Source: Bacteroidota bacterium (lineage in GTDB: Bacteria > Bacteroidota > Bacteroidia > B-17B0 > Aurantibacillaceae). From it: a stretch of DNA of 31,772 nucleotides. Location of the stretch: NCBI GenBank assembly GCA_046345275.1, contig JBKDJY010000081.1, forward strand, positions 1 through 31,772, in the 5' to 3' direction. The position numbers and the translations under genes were made by a program. How positions within the stretch are numbered: position 1 is the first letter of the stretch; each line of letters begins with the position of its first letter. Shown piece by piece: positions 19,273 through 27,945 of this stretch. The notes below the pieces were generated by a model, which saw only the letters and a list, made by a program, of their open reading frames with translations, was not told the origin of the DNA and ran no database searches.

Positions 19273-20709
19273 ATGAGCAACATATCAGGCATAATAAAAA
19301 GCATTCAAAACATCATGTGGCAAGACACAGGCTTGAATGGCGACGCACAGCGCATTGAGCAATTAGGCTGGATGCTTTTTCTAAAAATATTTTCAGATAA
19401 AGACAAAGAGCTAGAGTTGCTGGACGACAAATACACATCTCCAATTCCCGACAAATTTCATTGGGTAAAAGAAAAAGGAAATTGGGCGGGTGATGATGAA
19501 GGCATGACAGGCGATGAATTGTTGGAGTTTGTAGACAGACAATTGTTTCCAGCACTTCGCAATTTAGATTTAAGCACCGGCAACCAACGTGCAGTAATTG
19601 TGAGAGAAGTATTTGAAGGCAACAACAACTATATGAAAAGCGGCATCAACATTCGCAAAGTGTTGAACAAGCTCAACGAAATTGATTTTAACATAGCCAA
19701 AGACCGCCACGCTTTTGGTGAATTGTACGAAATCATTTTAAAGGAATTACAAAGTGCAGGTAAAAGCGGAGAGTTTTATACGCCCAGAGCCATCACACAA
19801 TTTATTACCGAAACAATCAATCCGCAACTGGGCGAAAAAGTGCTTGACCCTGCTTGCGGAACAGGTGGTTATTTGACTTGTGCCATTGAGCATTTAAAAA
19901 AACAAGCTAAAAATGTAAAAGAACGCAAAAGTATTGAAGACAACATTGCAGGTTGGGAATACAAACCATTACCGTATTTGTTGGCAACAACCAATCTCAT
20001 TTTACACGACATTGAAATACCAAACATCAAATTTGGCGATGCTTTAGACCAACCGTTAAGCAACTTTACCGAAAAGCACCGAGTAAATGTCATATTAGCA
20101 AATCCGCCATTTGGTGGTATTGTAGCCAACAACAACGAAACTAATTTTCCACAAACTTATCGTACAAAAGAAAGTGCCGACTTGTTTTTAATTTTAATGA
20201 TTCACTTATTAAAGCAAGATGGACGAGCAGGAATTGTTTTGCCCGATGGCAGTTTAACAGGCGATGGCGTAAAGCAACGCATCCGACAAAAGTTGTTGGA
20301 AGATTGTAACCTACATACGATTATTCGTTTGCCAAATTCCGTTTTTCAACCTTACGCAACGGTGGCTACCAATTTGTTGTTTTTTGATAAGGGCAAACCC
20401 ACTAAAGACATTTGGTATTACGAACACCGTATGCCCGAAGGGTATAAAGCATACAACAAAACACGACCAATTAAAGTTGAAGAATTTGAACCGATTAAAA
20501 AATGGTGGAACAAACGCAAAGAAAGTGATATTGCGTGGAAAGTAAACATTAAAACGATTATTGAACGTGGTTACGATTTGGATATTAAGAATCCTACCAA
20601 ACCCGAAGAAGAAAAAGAATACAATAGTGCAGAGCTGATGGAAATGCTAAATGCTTCTTTTGAGAAAAGCCATCAATTGTTGAACCAACTTAAAAAGGCG
20701 ATGAAATGA
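19273..20709 (+). CDS. hsdM: Type I restriction-modification N6-adenine DNA methyltransferase subunit M
   Basis: 478 aa. HsdM N-terminal domain. The SAM motif is LDPACGTGGYL and the catalytic motif is LANPPFGG. Confidence 0.93.
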   Translation: MSNISGIIKSIQNIMWQDTGLNGDAQRIEQLGWMLFLKIFSDKDKELELLDDKYTSPIPDKFHWVKEKGNWAGDDEGMTGDELLEFVDRQLFPALRNLDLSTGNQRAVIVREVFEGNNNYMKSGINIRKVLNKLNEIDFNIAKDRHAFGELYEIILKELQSAGKSGEFYTPRAITQFITETINPQLGEKVLDPACGTGGYLTCAIEHLKKQAKNVKERKSIEDNIAGWEYKPLPYLLATTNLILHDIEIPNIKFGDALDQPLSNFTEKHRVNVILANPPFGGIVANNNETNFPQTYRTKESADLFLILMIHLLKQDGRAGIVLPDGSLTGDGVKQRIRQKLLEDCNLHTIIRLPNSVFQPYATVATNLLFFDKGKPTKDIWYYEHRMPEGYKAYNKTRPIKVEEFEPIKKWWNKRKESDIAWKVNIKTIIERGYDLDIKNPTKPEEEKEYNSAELMEMLNASFEKSHQLLNQLKKAMK

Positions 20710-21590
20710 GTTCGTCGTTAAAAATATCCATTCGTTTTTTTAATGATCGCGAAGTACGTGCCGTTTGGGATGAGCAAGATGCCAAATGGTGGTTTTCTGT
20801 ATTGGATGTTGTGGGTATTCTGAACGAAGAAAACGACTACAACAAAGTAAGGAACTATTGGAAATACCTCAAAGCCAAGTTAAAGAAAGAGAATAACGAA
20901 CTGGTTAGTGCCACTACCCAGTTGAAATTTTTAGCACCCGATGGCAAAATGCGTTTAGCAGATATGCTTGACAGCGATGGGGTAACCGCATTAGCTAAAA
21001 ATTTCCCCAACAATAGGGCAATGAAATTTTTAGATTGGTTTTTATACAGCGACACTAGCATTGACGGGCAAAGTAAGAAAAAAGCCTACACCTTGTTTGA
21101 AAGCAATTTGATAAACGAATTTGAGGTAGGCACCACCAAAGGTTTACAACAAATACACGCTTATTTGTTTGGTGGCTTGTATGAATTTGCCGGGCAAATT
21201 AGAGAAAAAAGCATTTCGAAAGGGGGCTATCAGTTTGTGTATGCACAGCAATTAAAAAACACTTTGCGAAAAATTGATGCCATGCCACAAACTACTTTGG
21301 ATGAAATTATTTTGAAATACACTGAAATGAACAAGGCACACCCCTTTATGGAAGGCAATGGCAGAAGCACCAGAATATGGCTGGATATGATGCTAAAAAA
21401 ACAACTTAAAAAATGTGTAGACTGGAGCAAAATAAAAAAAGATCAGTATATGAATGCCATGATAATTAGTACCGTTGATTACACGGTGCTACTGCAACTC
21501 ATTACAAAGGCGCTGACCCCTAAAATTAAGGACCGAGAAATGTATATGAAAGGCATTGATTATTCTTATTATTATGAGGAAAACAATTAA
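20706..21590 (+). CDS. Bro-N-like DNA-binding domain fused to a Fic (AMPylase/filamentation) domain
   Basis: 294 aa. The N-terminus FNDREVRAVWDEQDAKWWFSVLDVVGIL...YWKYLKAKLKKE...QLKFLAPDGKMRLAD is Bro-N/DinD-like. The C-terminus has the canonical Fic active site HPFMEGNGRSTR. The ATG overlaps the hsdM stop (ATGA). Confidence 0.85.
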   Translation: MSSSLKISIRFFNDREVRAVWDEQDAKWWFSVLDVVGILNEENDYNKVRNYWKYLKAKLKKENNELVSATTQLKFLAPDGKMRLADMLDSDGVTALAKNFPNNRAMKFLDWFLYSDTSIDGQSKKKAYTLFESNLINEFEVGTTKGLQQIHAYLFGGLYEFAGQIREKSISKGGYQFVYAQQLKNTLRKIDAMPQTTLDEIILKYTEMNKAHPFMEGNGRSTRIWLDMMLKKQLKKCVDWSKIKKDQYMNAMIISTVDYTVLLQLITKALTPKIKDREMYMKGIDYSYYYEENN

Positions 21591-21602
21591 ACAGGTATTT
21601 AT

Positions 21603-23024
21603 ATGAGTTGGAAGAAAGTAAAGCTAAAGGAAATATTGAAACAATACCGAATAGAACTTTTGGTACAAAATGATATTGAATATAAACAAGTGACAATATC
21701 AAAATATGATGGTATCACTTTTAGAGGAACTAGAATAGGAAGAGAAATAGGGCGTAAAAGACAATTTCAAATTGACCTTAAAAGGTTTCCCAATACGTTA
21801 ATGTTCGTGAGGCAAGGTGTTCAAGATGGCTCAATAGGGATTGCACCGATCGAGGTTGAGGGTTGCATAGCAACTGAAAATATGCCAATGTTCTCCATTG
21901 AAGGAATAAATTTGGAATACCTAAAACTTCTTTTGAAGTCACCATATTTTAATGATGAATTAAATAAAATTCAAACAACTGGCTCAGCTCAAAAATCCAT
22001 TCATGAAAGAGAAATATTGGAAATTGAAATTCCATTTCCTGATTTTGAAGAGCAAGAAGATATTGTTCGCCAATTGTCAAGTAAAAAAAATAACTCATTA
22101 GAAATCTCAACTGAACTCAGCCACCAACTCACCTTAGTAAAAAAACTCCGACAGCAATTATTGCAGGATGCTGTGCAAGGCAAATTGGTGGCTCCCTCTC
22201 CTTTGGAGAGGGCGGGGGGAGAGGTCGAACCAGCAAGCGAATTGCTCAAAAAGATAAAGGAGGAACGCCTGAATAGGGTTGGGTTTCAACCCGACCCCAA
22301 AAAAGATATTGGGCTAAAGCCCAACAAATTTTCTAACCATAGCTCGGGGTTAAAACCCCGAGCTATTAAAGAACTACCACCCATCAAACCCGAAGATATT
22401 CCTTTTGAAATTCCTGAAAATTGGGTGTGGTGTAGGTTGGGGGAGATTGCAGAAATTGGAACAGGAGCAACTCCATTAACTTCAAATCCTGAATATTATG
22501 AGAATGGAGACATTCCTTGGATTACAAGTTCAGCTACTAATAATTTATTTATAATTGAACCAGAATTATATATTACCGAAAAGGCATTAAAAGAGACAAA
22601 TTGCAAGGTTTACCCCGCAGGAACTTTAGTTGTCGCTATGTATGGACAAGGTAAAACTAGGGGTCAAATCACCGAATTGAATTTCCCTGCTGCAACTAAT
22701 CAAGCTTGTGCCACAATTACTTTATTTTTTAATGAATTCACTTTGAGAAAATATGTGAAATTGTTTTTTCAAAAAATCTATAATGAAATTAGAGAATTGG
22801 CGCAAGGTGGAGCACAACCAAATTTGAATATGGGAAAGGTTAGAGATACTATAATTTCCCTTCCTCCACTTGCAGAACAAAACCGAATCGTTCAAAAATT
22901 AGACGAGCTAATGCAGTATTGCAATGAGTTAGAAACAAGCATCAAACAAAGTGAATCGCAAAATTCAACACTACTGCAACAGGTTTTGAAAGAAGCATTG
23001 AGGAAAGAACCTTTGGAGGTGTAA
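21603..23024 (+). CDS. hsdS: Type I restriction-modification specificity subunit S
   Basis: 473 aa. Two target-recognition domains are separated by a conserved helical spacer (LRQQLLQDAVQGKLV ... EPASELLKKIKEE ... IPFEIPENWVWCRLGEI). A second conserved helix lies at the C-terminus (LAEQNRIVQKLDELMQYCNELE). Confidence 0.9.
   Translation: MSWKKVKLKEILKQYRIELLVQNDIEYKQVTISKYDGITFRGTRIGREIGRKRQFQIDLKRFPNTLMFVRQGVQDGSIGIAPIEVEGCIATENMPMFSIEGINLEYLKLLLKSPYFNDELNKIQTTGSAQKSIHEREILEIEIPFPDFEEQEDIVRQLSSKKNNSLEISTELSHQLTLVKKLRQQLLQDAVQGKLVAPSPLERAGGEVEPASELLKKIKEERLNRVGFQPDPKKDIGLKPNKFSNHSSGLKPRAIKELPPIKPEDIPFEIPENWVWCRLGEIAEIGTGATPLTSNPEYYENGDIPWITSSATNNLFIIEPELYITEKALKETNCKVYPAGTLVVAMYGQGKTRGQITELNFPAATNQACATITLFFNEFTLRKYVKLFFQKIYNEIRELAQGGAQPNLNMGKVRDTIISLPPLAEQNRIVQKLDELMQYCNELETSIKQSESQNSTLLQQVLKEALRKEPLEV
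22193..22363. repeat. Four REP-like hairpins embedded in-frame in the hsdS central spacer
   Basis: Hairpins: ccctctcc-ttt-ggagaggg (22193-22211); gggttgggtt-tc-aacccgaccc (22275-22296, one G.T); ttgggc-taaa-gcccaa (22308-22323); agctcggggtt-aa-aaccccgagct (22340-22363, perfect 11 bp). The third shares the GGC-TAAA-GCC core of the RAYT-flanking REPs. Confidence 0.75.
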
Positions 23025-23305
23025 ATAAAATGAAAGATGATGCTTCGCATAAACATTTGTGCTGAAAATCGCCGCCTTCGCTAAGTCCGAAACCGCTAAG
23101 CCAAAACTTCATTCAAGCACTTTTTTGTTCGGATGCCAAAATGGTTTTGTCCTAATTTGGTTGTTGTTCAATTTCAAAGTGGTTCTGCAAAATTTGTTGA
23201 TTGTTGTGTAAAACTCCGTTTAACCTGAGATATAGAAAATTGTTGTTTGATTATGAATATCATATTTACCAAGAAGTTTTTAATCGCTTCATTGATAGCC
23301 AGTCC

Positions 23306-23818
23306 TTAAATTTTTTTTTTATCTTTTTCTTTTAACATTTTAATTAAAAAATAGGTCAATGGAATAAATATCAGTCCAAAAATTAAAGGTAAAAACCAAA
23401 CTCCAAGACCCATTGTTTTTACTTTTGCATACTCGCAAGTTTGAAATGCAATAATTCCAAATATGATAACAATAATAAATTTTAAATATCTAATCAGTCT
23501 AGTTGCATTTGTATATTGCCTGTAAGCGTTTTCTTCTGTGATGTAGGTTGGGTAATTAAAAACATGCGGAAATCTATTCAAAATGGTAAGTCCAATAAAT
23601 AGAACTGTAGCAATGAAAGGAAGTAAGAGTATATTTAGTTTTCGTCCATACCCGTCTGCATGCCCATCAGCACCAAAATGTATTGGAATGATGTCTGGTA
23701 ATTTTTCGTAGTTTGAAATCGTAAAAACACAAACCATTACCATTGAAATCCATCCAACAAATTCAAATATCTTGTCCGCTGTTGTAAGTTCCAATTTTAT
23801 TTTTGGCCTTGCTTGCAT
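23306..23818 (-). CDS. DUF1648 (SdpI-like) family membrane protein
   Basis: 170 aa with 4 TM helices. The signature IPIHFGADGHADGYGRK follows the first helix. Confidence 0.7.
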   Translation of the reverse strand: MQARPKIKLELTTADKIFEFVGWISMVMVCVFTISNYEKLPDIIPIHFGADGHADGYGRKLNILLLPFIATVLFIGLTILNRFPHVFNYPTYITEENAYRQYTNATRLIRYLKFIIVIIFGIIAFQTCEYAKVKTMGLGVWFLPLIFGLIFIPLTYFLIKMLKEKDKKKI

Positions 23819-24102
23819 ATGATCAATGTTTATTTTTTATTGTCTTATTTAAAAATAAATCTTTCTTTCGTTTCACAAAATCAAGTAATTGAACACAAAA
23901 TTAGTAAATTAAATATAGGCAATCATTGATGCTTTTTGAATTCAAAAAATAATTGGTTAAAGGGATAAATAATAGTAAAGAAAAAAAGCAAATGGCATCA
24001 TCTTATTGAAGTCATACAAAAAAATAACAATCAATTTTTGCAATTACATTCTGAAAACTTGCATCTATTTTTTTTATACAATCAAAGCCTTATCTTCGCT
24101 AA

Positions 24103-24807
24103 ATGTCAAGAGATTACAGAACTGGTGAATTGATATTAATTAACAAACCTTATACCTGGTCATCTTTTCAGGCAGTTAATAAATTAAAGCATGCGCTTAA
24201 AAAACATCCTTCCTTATTATTAGATGAAAAATTTGTTCATTTAAAAATAGGTCATGCTGGCACTTTAGATCCTTTAGCAACGGGCTTATTAATTATTTGT
24301 ACAGGTAAAAAAACCAAAGAAATTTCTCAATTTCAAGATTTACCAAAAGAATATACCGGAACATTTTTTATTGGTGCCACCACACCTTGTTATGACAAAG
24401 AAAAAGAAGTGAACGAAATATTTTCTACTGCGCATATCACCAAAGAAATGATTGAAGTAACTGCCAAATCTTTTATTGGTAAAAAAGAACAAGTCCCACC
24501 CATGTTTAGCGCTGTAAAAATAGATGGAAAACGTTTATATAAATTGGCTAGGCTTAGTAGGGAGATAGAATTAAAAGCACGTCCCATTGAAATTATAGAA
24601 TTTGAAATTACGAGTTGTGAATTGCCCTTAGTTAATTTTAGAATTGTTTGTACAAAAGGAACCTACATTAGAAGCATAGCAAGAGATTTTGGTGTAGCTC
24701 TAAATAGTGGTGCTTATTTAGATGCACTTTGCCGCACAAAAATTGGCAACTATTCCATTGAAGATTCAAAAACACCAGAAGAATTTATTTCTGAAAATCT
24801 TTATTAA
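24103..24807 (+). CDS. truB: tRNA pseudouridine(55) synthase
   Basis: 234 aa. The catalytic Asp motif is GHAGTLDPLATGLL. The blocks KEY.G and FSAVKIDGKRLY are also present. Confidence 0.92.
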   Translation: MSRDYRTGELILINKPYTWSSFQAVNKLKHALKKHPSLLLDEKFVHLKIGHAGTLDPLATGLLIICTGKKTKEISQFQDLPKEYTGTFFIGATTPCYDKEKEVNEIFSTAHITKEMIEVTAKSFIGKKEQVPPMFSAVKIDGKRLYKLARLSREIELKARPIEIIEFEITSCELPLVNFRIVCTKGTYIRSIARDFGVALNSGAYLDALCRTKIGNYSIEDSKTPEEFISENLY

Positions 24808-25061
24808 ACCAATTTATTCGTTATTGGTAATAGCCGCAAAGGATAATTCTCCGTAGACAAATTTTCGGCTGACTAAAAAATTTCAGTTCAAATGCAGAGA
24901 GACCTAGACTTACAAAATTTTTATGCCTTTTAGATCTCAACATTGCCCTAGAATTTGGAAATTAACCTTAAAATTGTAAAAATTAGCAAGAATTTAACTT
25001 TAAAATTTTCGATTATATCGTAAATTTGCATCTAAAGTTTAACATCTTAAATATTATTCAT

Positions 25062-25265
25062 ATGAAATCCTCAGACGACAAAAAAAAACAAACATTTGAG
25101 AATGATTATAATGAAATCATGAAAGATTTTCAAAATAAAAATACTCCACTTACTTCAAATCCACAATGGACAAATCCATCAGATTTCATAGTTAAATTTT
25201 CTTTGTATCAGGAAACGCCAAATAGTATTACATCAACTGGTACCCTTGTTAACCTTGGAATTTAA
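25062..25265 (+). CDS. Small hypothetical protein, upstream partner of the Clp-fold protease
   Basis: The listed ORF starts at TTG 25026, so I give the first ATG, at 25062 (67 aa). The protein is hydrophilic with no signal peptide. Its stop lies 3 nt before the protease start. No family was recognised. Confidence 0.45.
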   Translation: MKSSDDKKKQTFENDYNEIMKDFQNKNTPLTSNPQWTNPSDFIVKFSLYQETPNSITSTGTLVNLGI

Positions 25266-25268
25266 ATT

Positions 25269-26210
25269 ATGCCGAATTGGAAAGAAGTCTTAGATGAAGT
25301 ACAAGCCGAATCAAATAAAGGAGTTCCAAACCCTCTTGACCTAATACGAAGAAAATACCTTCTCGAAATTTATAAAAAAACTGGTAGGAATGTTATTGCT
25401 TATTATTCTGGATGGTTACAGCGCCCAAATGCTATTGATGTAATTGTAAACGATAAGGACAAAAATGCCTTTATGGTTAACATTCATAAATTGGACAGGA
25501 CTAAAGGACTCGACCTGATTTTACACACGCCAGGAGGAGATCTTGCCGCAACTGAAAGTATCGCAGATTATTTAAACCAAATGTTTGGTAATGATGTTCG
25601 TGCAATTATTCCACAGATTTCAATGAGTGCCGGAACAATGATGGCGTTATCTTGTAAAGAGATAATGATGGGCAAACAATCGAATTTAGGGCCAATTGAT
25701 CCTCAAATGGGCGGCGTTGCTTGTCAAGCTGTGTTAGATGAATTTCAAAAAGCAAAAGATGATATAAAAGCAAATCCTCAAGCAGCATCTTTATGGCAAG
25801 TTATAATTTCCAAATATCATCCTACGTTTTTAGGAGCGTGCCAAAACTCTATCGATTGGTCTGAAAAACTTGTTTTCGATTGGCTGAAAAGGAATATGTG
25901 TAATGGTGATGAAACTAAAACAAAAAAAATCTTAATTGAATTCAGTGACCACAAAACAAATAAATCGCATGCTCGTCACATATCAAAAGACAAGTGTAAA
26001 GAAATTGGTTTATCTATAGTTGACATGGAAACAGATAATGACCTACAAGATTTAATTCTAACTGTTCATCATTCTTTCATGCATACATTTGGCCATAGTA
26101 CAGCGACAAAAATTGTTGAAAATCACTTAGGTATCGCATATGTTGAAAGTTTACCTATCCAAGTTCCTATTCAAGCTCAACAACCAAGACAAGTCATTTT
26201 ACAAAGTTGA
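25269..26210 (+). CDS. SDH-family (serine dehydrogenase proteinase-like) Clp/crotonase-fold serine protease with a C-terminal extension
   Basis: 313 aa. The core LDLILHTPGGDLAATESIADYLNQMFGNDVRAIIPQISMSAGTMMALSCKEIMMGKQSNLGPIDPQ matches the SppA/ClpP-related SDH protease layout (TPGG, nucleophile Ser in SMSAGT, GPIDPQ). About 130 further residues were not recognised. Confidence 0.7.
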   Translation: MPNWKEVLDEVQAESNKGVPNPLDLIRRKYLLEIYKKTGRNVIAYYSGWLQRPNAIDVIVNDKDKNAFMVNIHKLDRTKGLDLILHTPGGDLAATESIADYLNQMFGNDVRAIIPQISMSAGTMMALSCKEIMMGKQSNLGPIDPQMGGVACQAVLDEFQKAKDDIKANPQAASLWQVIISKYHPTFLGACQNSIDWSEKLVFDWLKRNMCNGDETKTKKILIEFSDHKTNKSHARHISKDKCKEIGLSIVDMETDNDLQDLILTVHHSFMHTFGHSTATKIVENHLGIAYVESLPIQVPIQAQQPRQVILQS

Positions 26211-26414
26211 TACGTAAGTATTAATATAACTGTTTGGCACCAAAACCAACTAAAAGTGTCTAAGCGCAAGGTGGATGGACTGTTAGGTCTCAAAGCTAAT
26301 TTAAGGCCTGCTTCGAAAACAGTTATTTTCATTTGGCTTTGCTTATAAACATTTCAGTGAGTAGACAAAAGATGTTTAGTAAAAACCCTGCGCATAGCAG
26401 CAAACCGATTTAAC

Positions 26415-26909
26415 ATGGATATTGAAAAACATCATCAAAAAGCAAATACACTAAAAAAAGAAAACAAATTTTTTTTTGATAAACTCAAGCAATTAAATCC
26501 AAGAATATTGGATGATTATTTCCAAACAGAACACGACAAGGTTTTTGAAAACACAGATTGTTTGGCCTGTGCAAATTGCTGTAAAACGACCTCTCCTATT
26601 TTTTATAACAGAGATATTGAACGTTTAGCAAAATATTTTAAAATGAAGCCTGGGAAATTTATTGAACAGTATTTAAAAATTGATGAGGATAAAGATTATG
26701 TTTTAAAGCAAGCGCCTTGTCCGTTTTTAAATTCAGATCATTATTGTTCTGTATACGATTACCGACCAAATGCCTGCCGAGAATATCCTCATACCAATAG
26801 AAAGAAAATTGTTCAGTTGTTAGATTTAACTTATAGAAACACGTTTGTATGTCCAGCTGTTTTGAAAATAGTTGAAGGCTTGAAAAATATTTTGCCTAAC
26901 ATGAAGTAA
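26415..26909 (+). CDS. YkgJ-family cysteine-cluster (CxxCxxCC) protein
   Basis: 164 aa. CLACANCC is followed by a second Cys cluster (CPFL...YCSVYDYRPNACREYP). Confidence 0.75.
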   Translation: MDIEKHHQKANTLKKENKFFFDKLKQLNPRILDDYFQTEHDKVFENTDCLACANCCKTTSPIFYNRDIERLAKYFKMKPGKFIEQYLKIDEDKDYVLKQAPCPFLNSDHYCSVYDYRPNACREYPHTNRKKIVQLLDLTYRNTFVCPAVLKIVEGLKNILPNMK

Positions 26910-26916
26910 TCATTAT

Positions 26917-27936
26917 TTACTTCCCTAAACTATTTAAACTTTCAATGGCTGGTACATAGTTTGGTTTGAGTTGAAGGCACATGTTGTAATCTGCATAGGC
27001 ATTGTCTTTATCTTTCAATTCTTGATAACATACACCTCTTGCAAAATAGGCTTCTGCATATTTCGGCTCAGCGTTAATTGCTTTGGTAAAATAATTGATT
27101 GCTTTATTCAAATCTTTTTTAACGCCAAGCTCAATCGCTCCCATATTATAAAGAGAATTTTTATGAATGGGATTTATTTGAATAATTTCTGAGTAGATAG
27201 ACATGGCTTCATTTATCTTATTGACGTCTTGTAAAAATTTAGCTTTTGCATAAAGAGCTTCTACATTCTTAGCGTTGATGAGCAATGCATTATCATAGTA
27301 TTCCAAAGCTATTGGATTTTTTCTATTTGCATAAATTAGTCCCAAATCTATAAAAGCACCAAAGTTTTTATTGTCTTGTTCAATGGCCGTTTCCAAGCTT
27401 GAAACTGCCTTGGCTGTATCTCCAATTTCTTTATAGATGCTTCCTTTTAAATGGTAAGCTTTTGAAATATTTTGATCAATTTTTAAAGCCCCATTTATTT
27501 TTGAAAACGCTAGTTCATATTGTTTGACGAAAAAAAGTAGTTCTCCTAGTTTTAATAAAGCATCCGTATTGGTAGGAAACTTTAAAACTATTTTTTCTAG
27601 CACATCTTTCGCATTTCTAGTTTCATTCGCAGCAAAAAAGATGTCGGCTTGCAATAAGTAAGAGTTAACAATGGTACTGTCAATTCTCAATGAACGCTTC
27701 GCGTCATTCATTGCATCTTCAATTTGTTTATTGGCCAAATAAATAGTTGCTCTTTGATTATATAAAATAGGATCATCCGGATTTTCTAATATTTTTTTAT
27801 TTACCTCTTCGAGTTCAGGTAATCTGATGATATTTAATAAAGAGTCAGAATGATCAGTTTCTCTCTTTGCATCTTCTGTTTTGGAATGACAAGAAACAAG
27901 TAGAAGGGTAATAATTGAAAATAAATAATATTTCAT
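26917..27936 (-). CDS. Tetratricopeptide-repeat lipoprotein
   Basis: 339 aa. Signal peptide with lipobox (LLLVSC). Multiple 34-residue TPR units run throughout (e.g. AEAYFARGVCYQELKDKDNAYADYNMCLQLKPNY). Confidence 0.8.
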   Translation of the reverse strand: MKYYLFSIITLLLVSCHSKTEDAKRETDHSDSLLNIIRLPELEEVNKKILENPDDPILYNQRATIYLANKQIEDAMNDAKRSLRIDSTIVNSYLLQADIFFAANETRNAKDVLEKIVLKFPTNTDALLKLGELLFFVKQYELAFSKINGALKIDQNISKAYHLKGSIYKEIGDTAKAVSSLETAIEQDNKNFGAFIDLGLIYANRKNPIALEYYDNALLINAKNVEALYAKAKFLQDVNKINEAMSIYSEIIQINPIHKNSLYNMGAIELGVKKDLNKAINYFTKAINAEPKYAEAYFARGVCYQELKDKDNAYADYNMCLQLKPNYVPAIESLNSLGK

Positions 27937-27945
27937 TTTAATGGA

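Noticed and set aside
22083-22090. A8 homopolymer in hsdS (and an A9 run at 25080-25088 in the small ORF upstream of the protease) as phase-variation switches
   Set aside because: Runs of this length encoding Lys-Lys-Asn are expected by chance in such an AT-rich genome. There is no evidence of length heterogeneity from a single sequence. This is only worth checking if read data are available.
26211-26414. About 200-nt spacer downstream of the protease gene, considered as a possible sRNA or gene remnant; a 53-codon minus-strand ORF starts MKITVFEAGLKLA
   Set aside because: No convincing stem-loop or terminator and no Rossmann GxGxxG despite the suggestive start. The ORF runs antisense into the protease gene. 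The evidence is insufficient to call anything.
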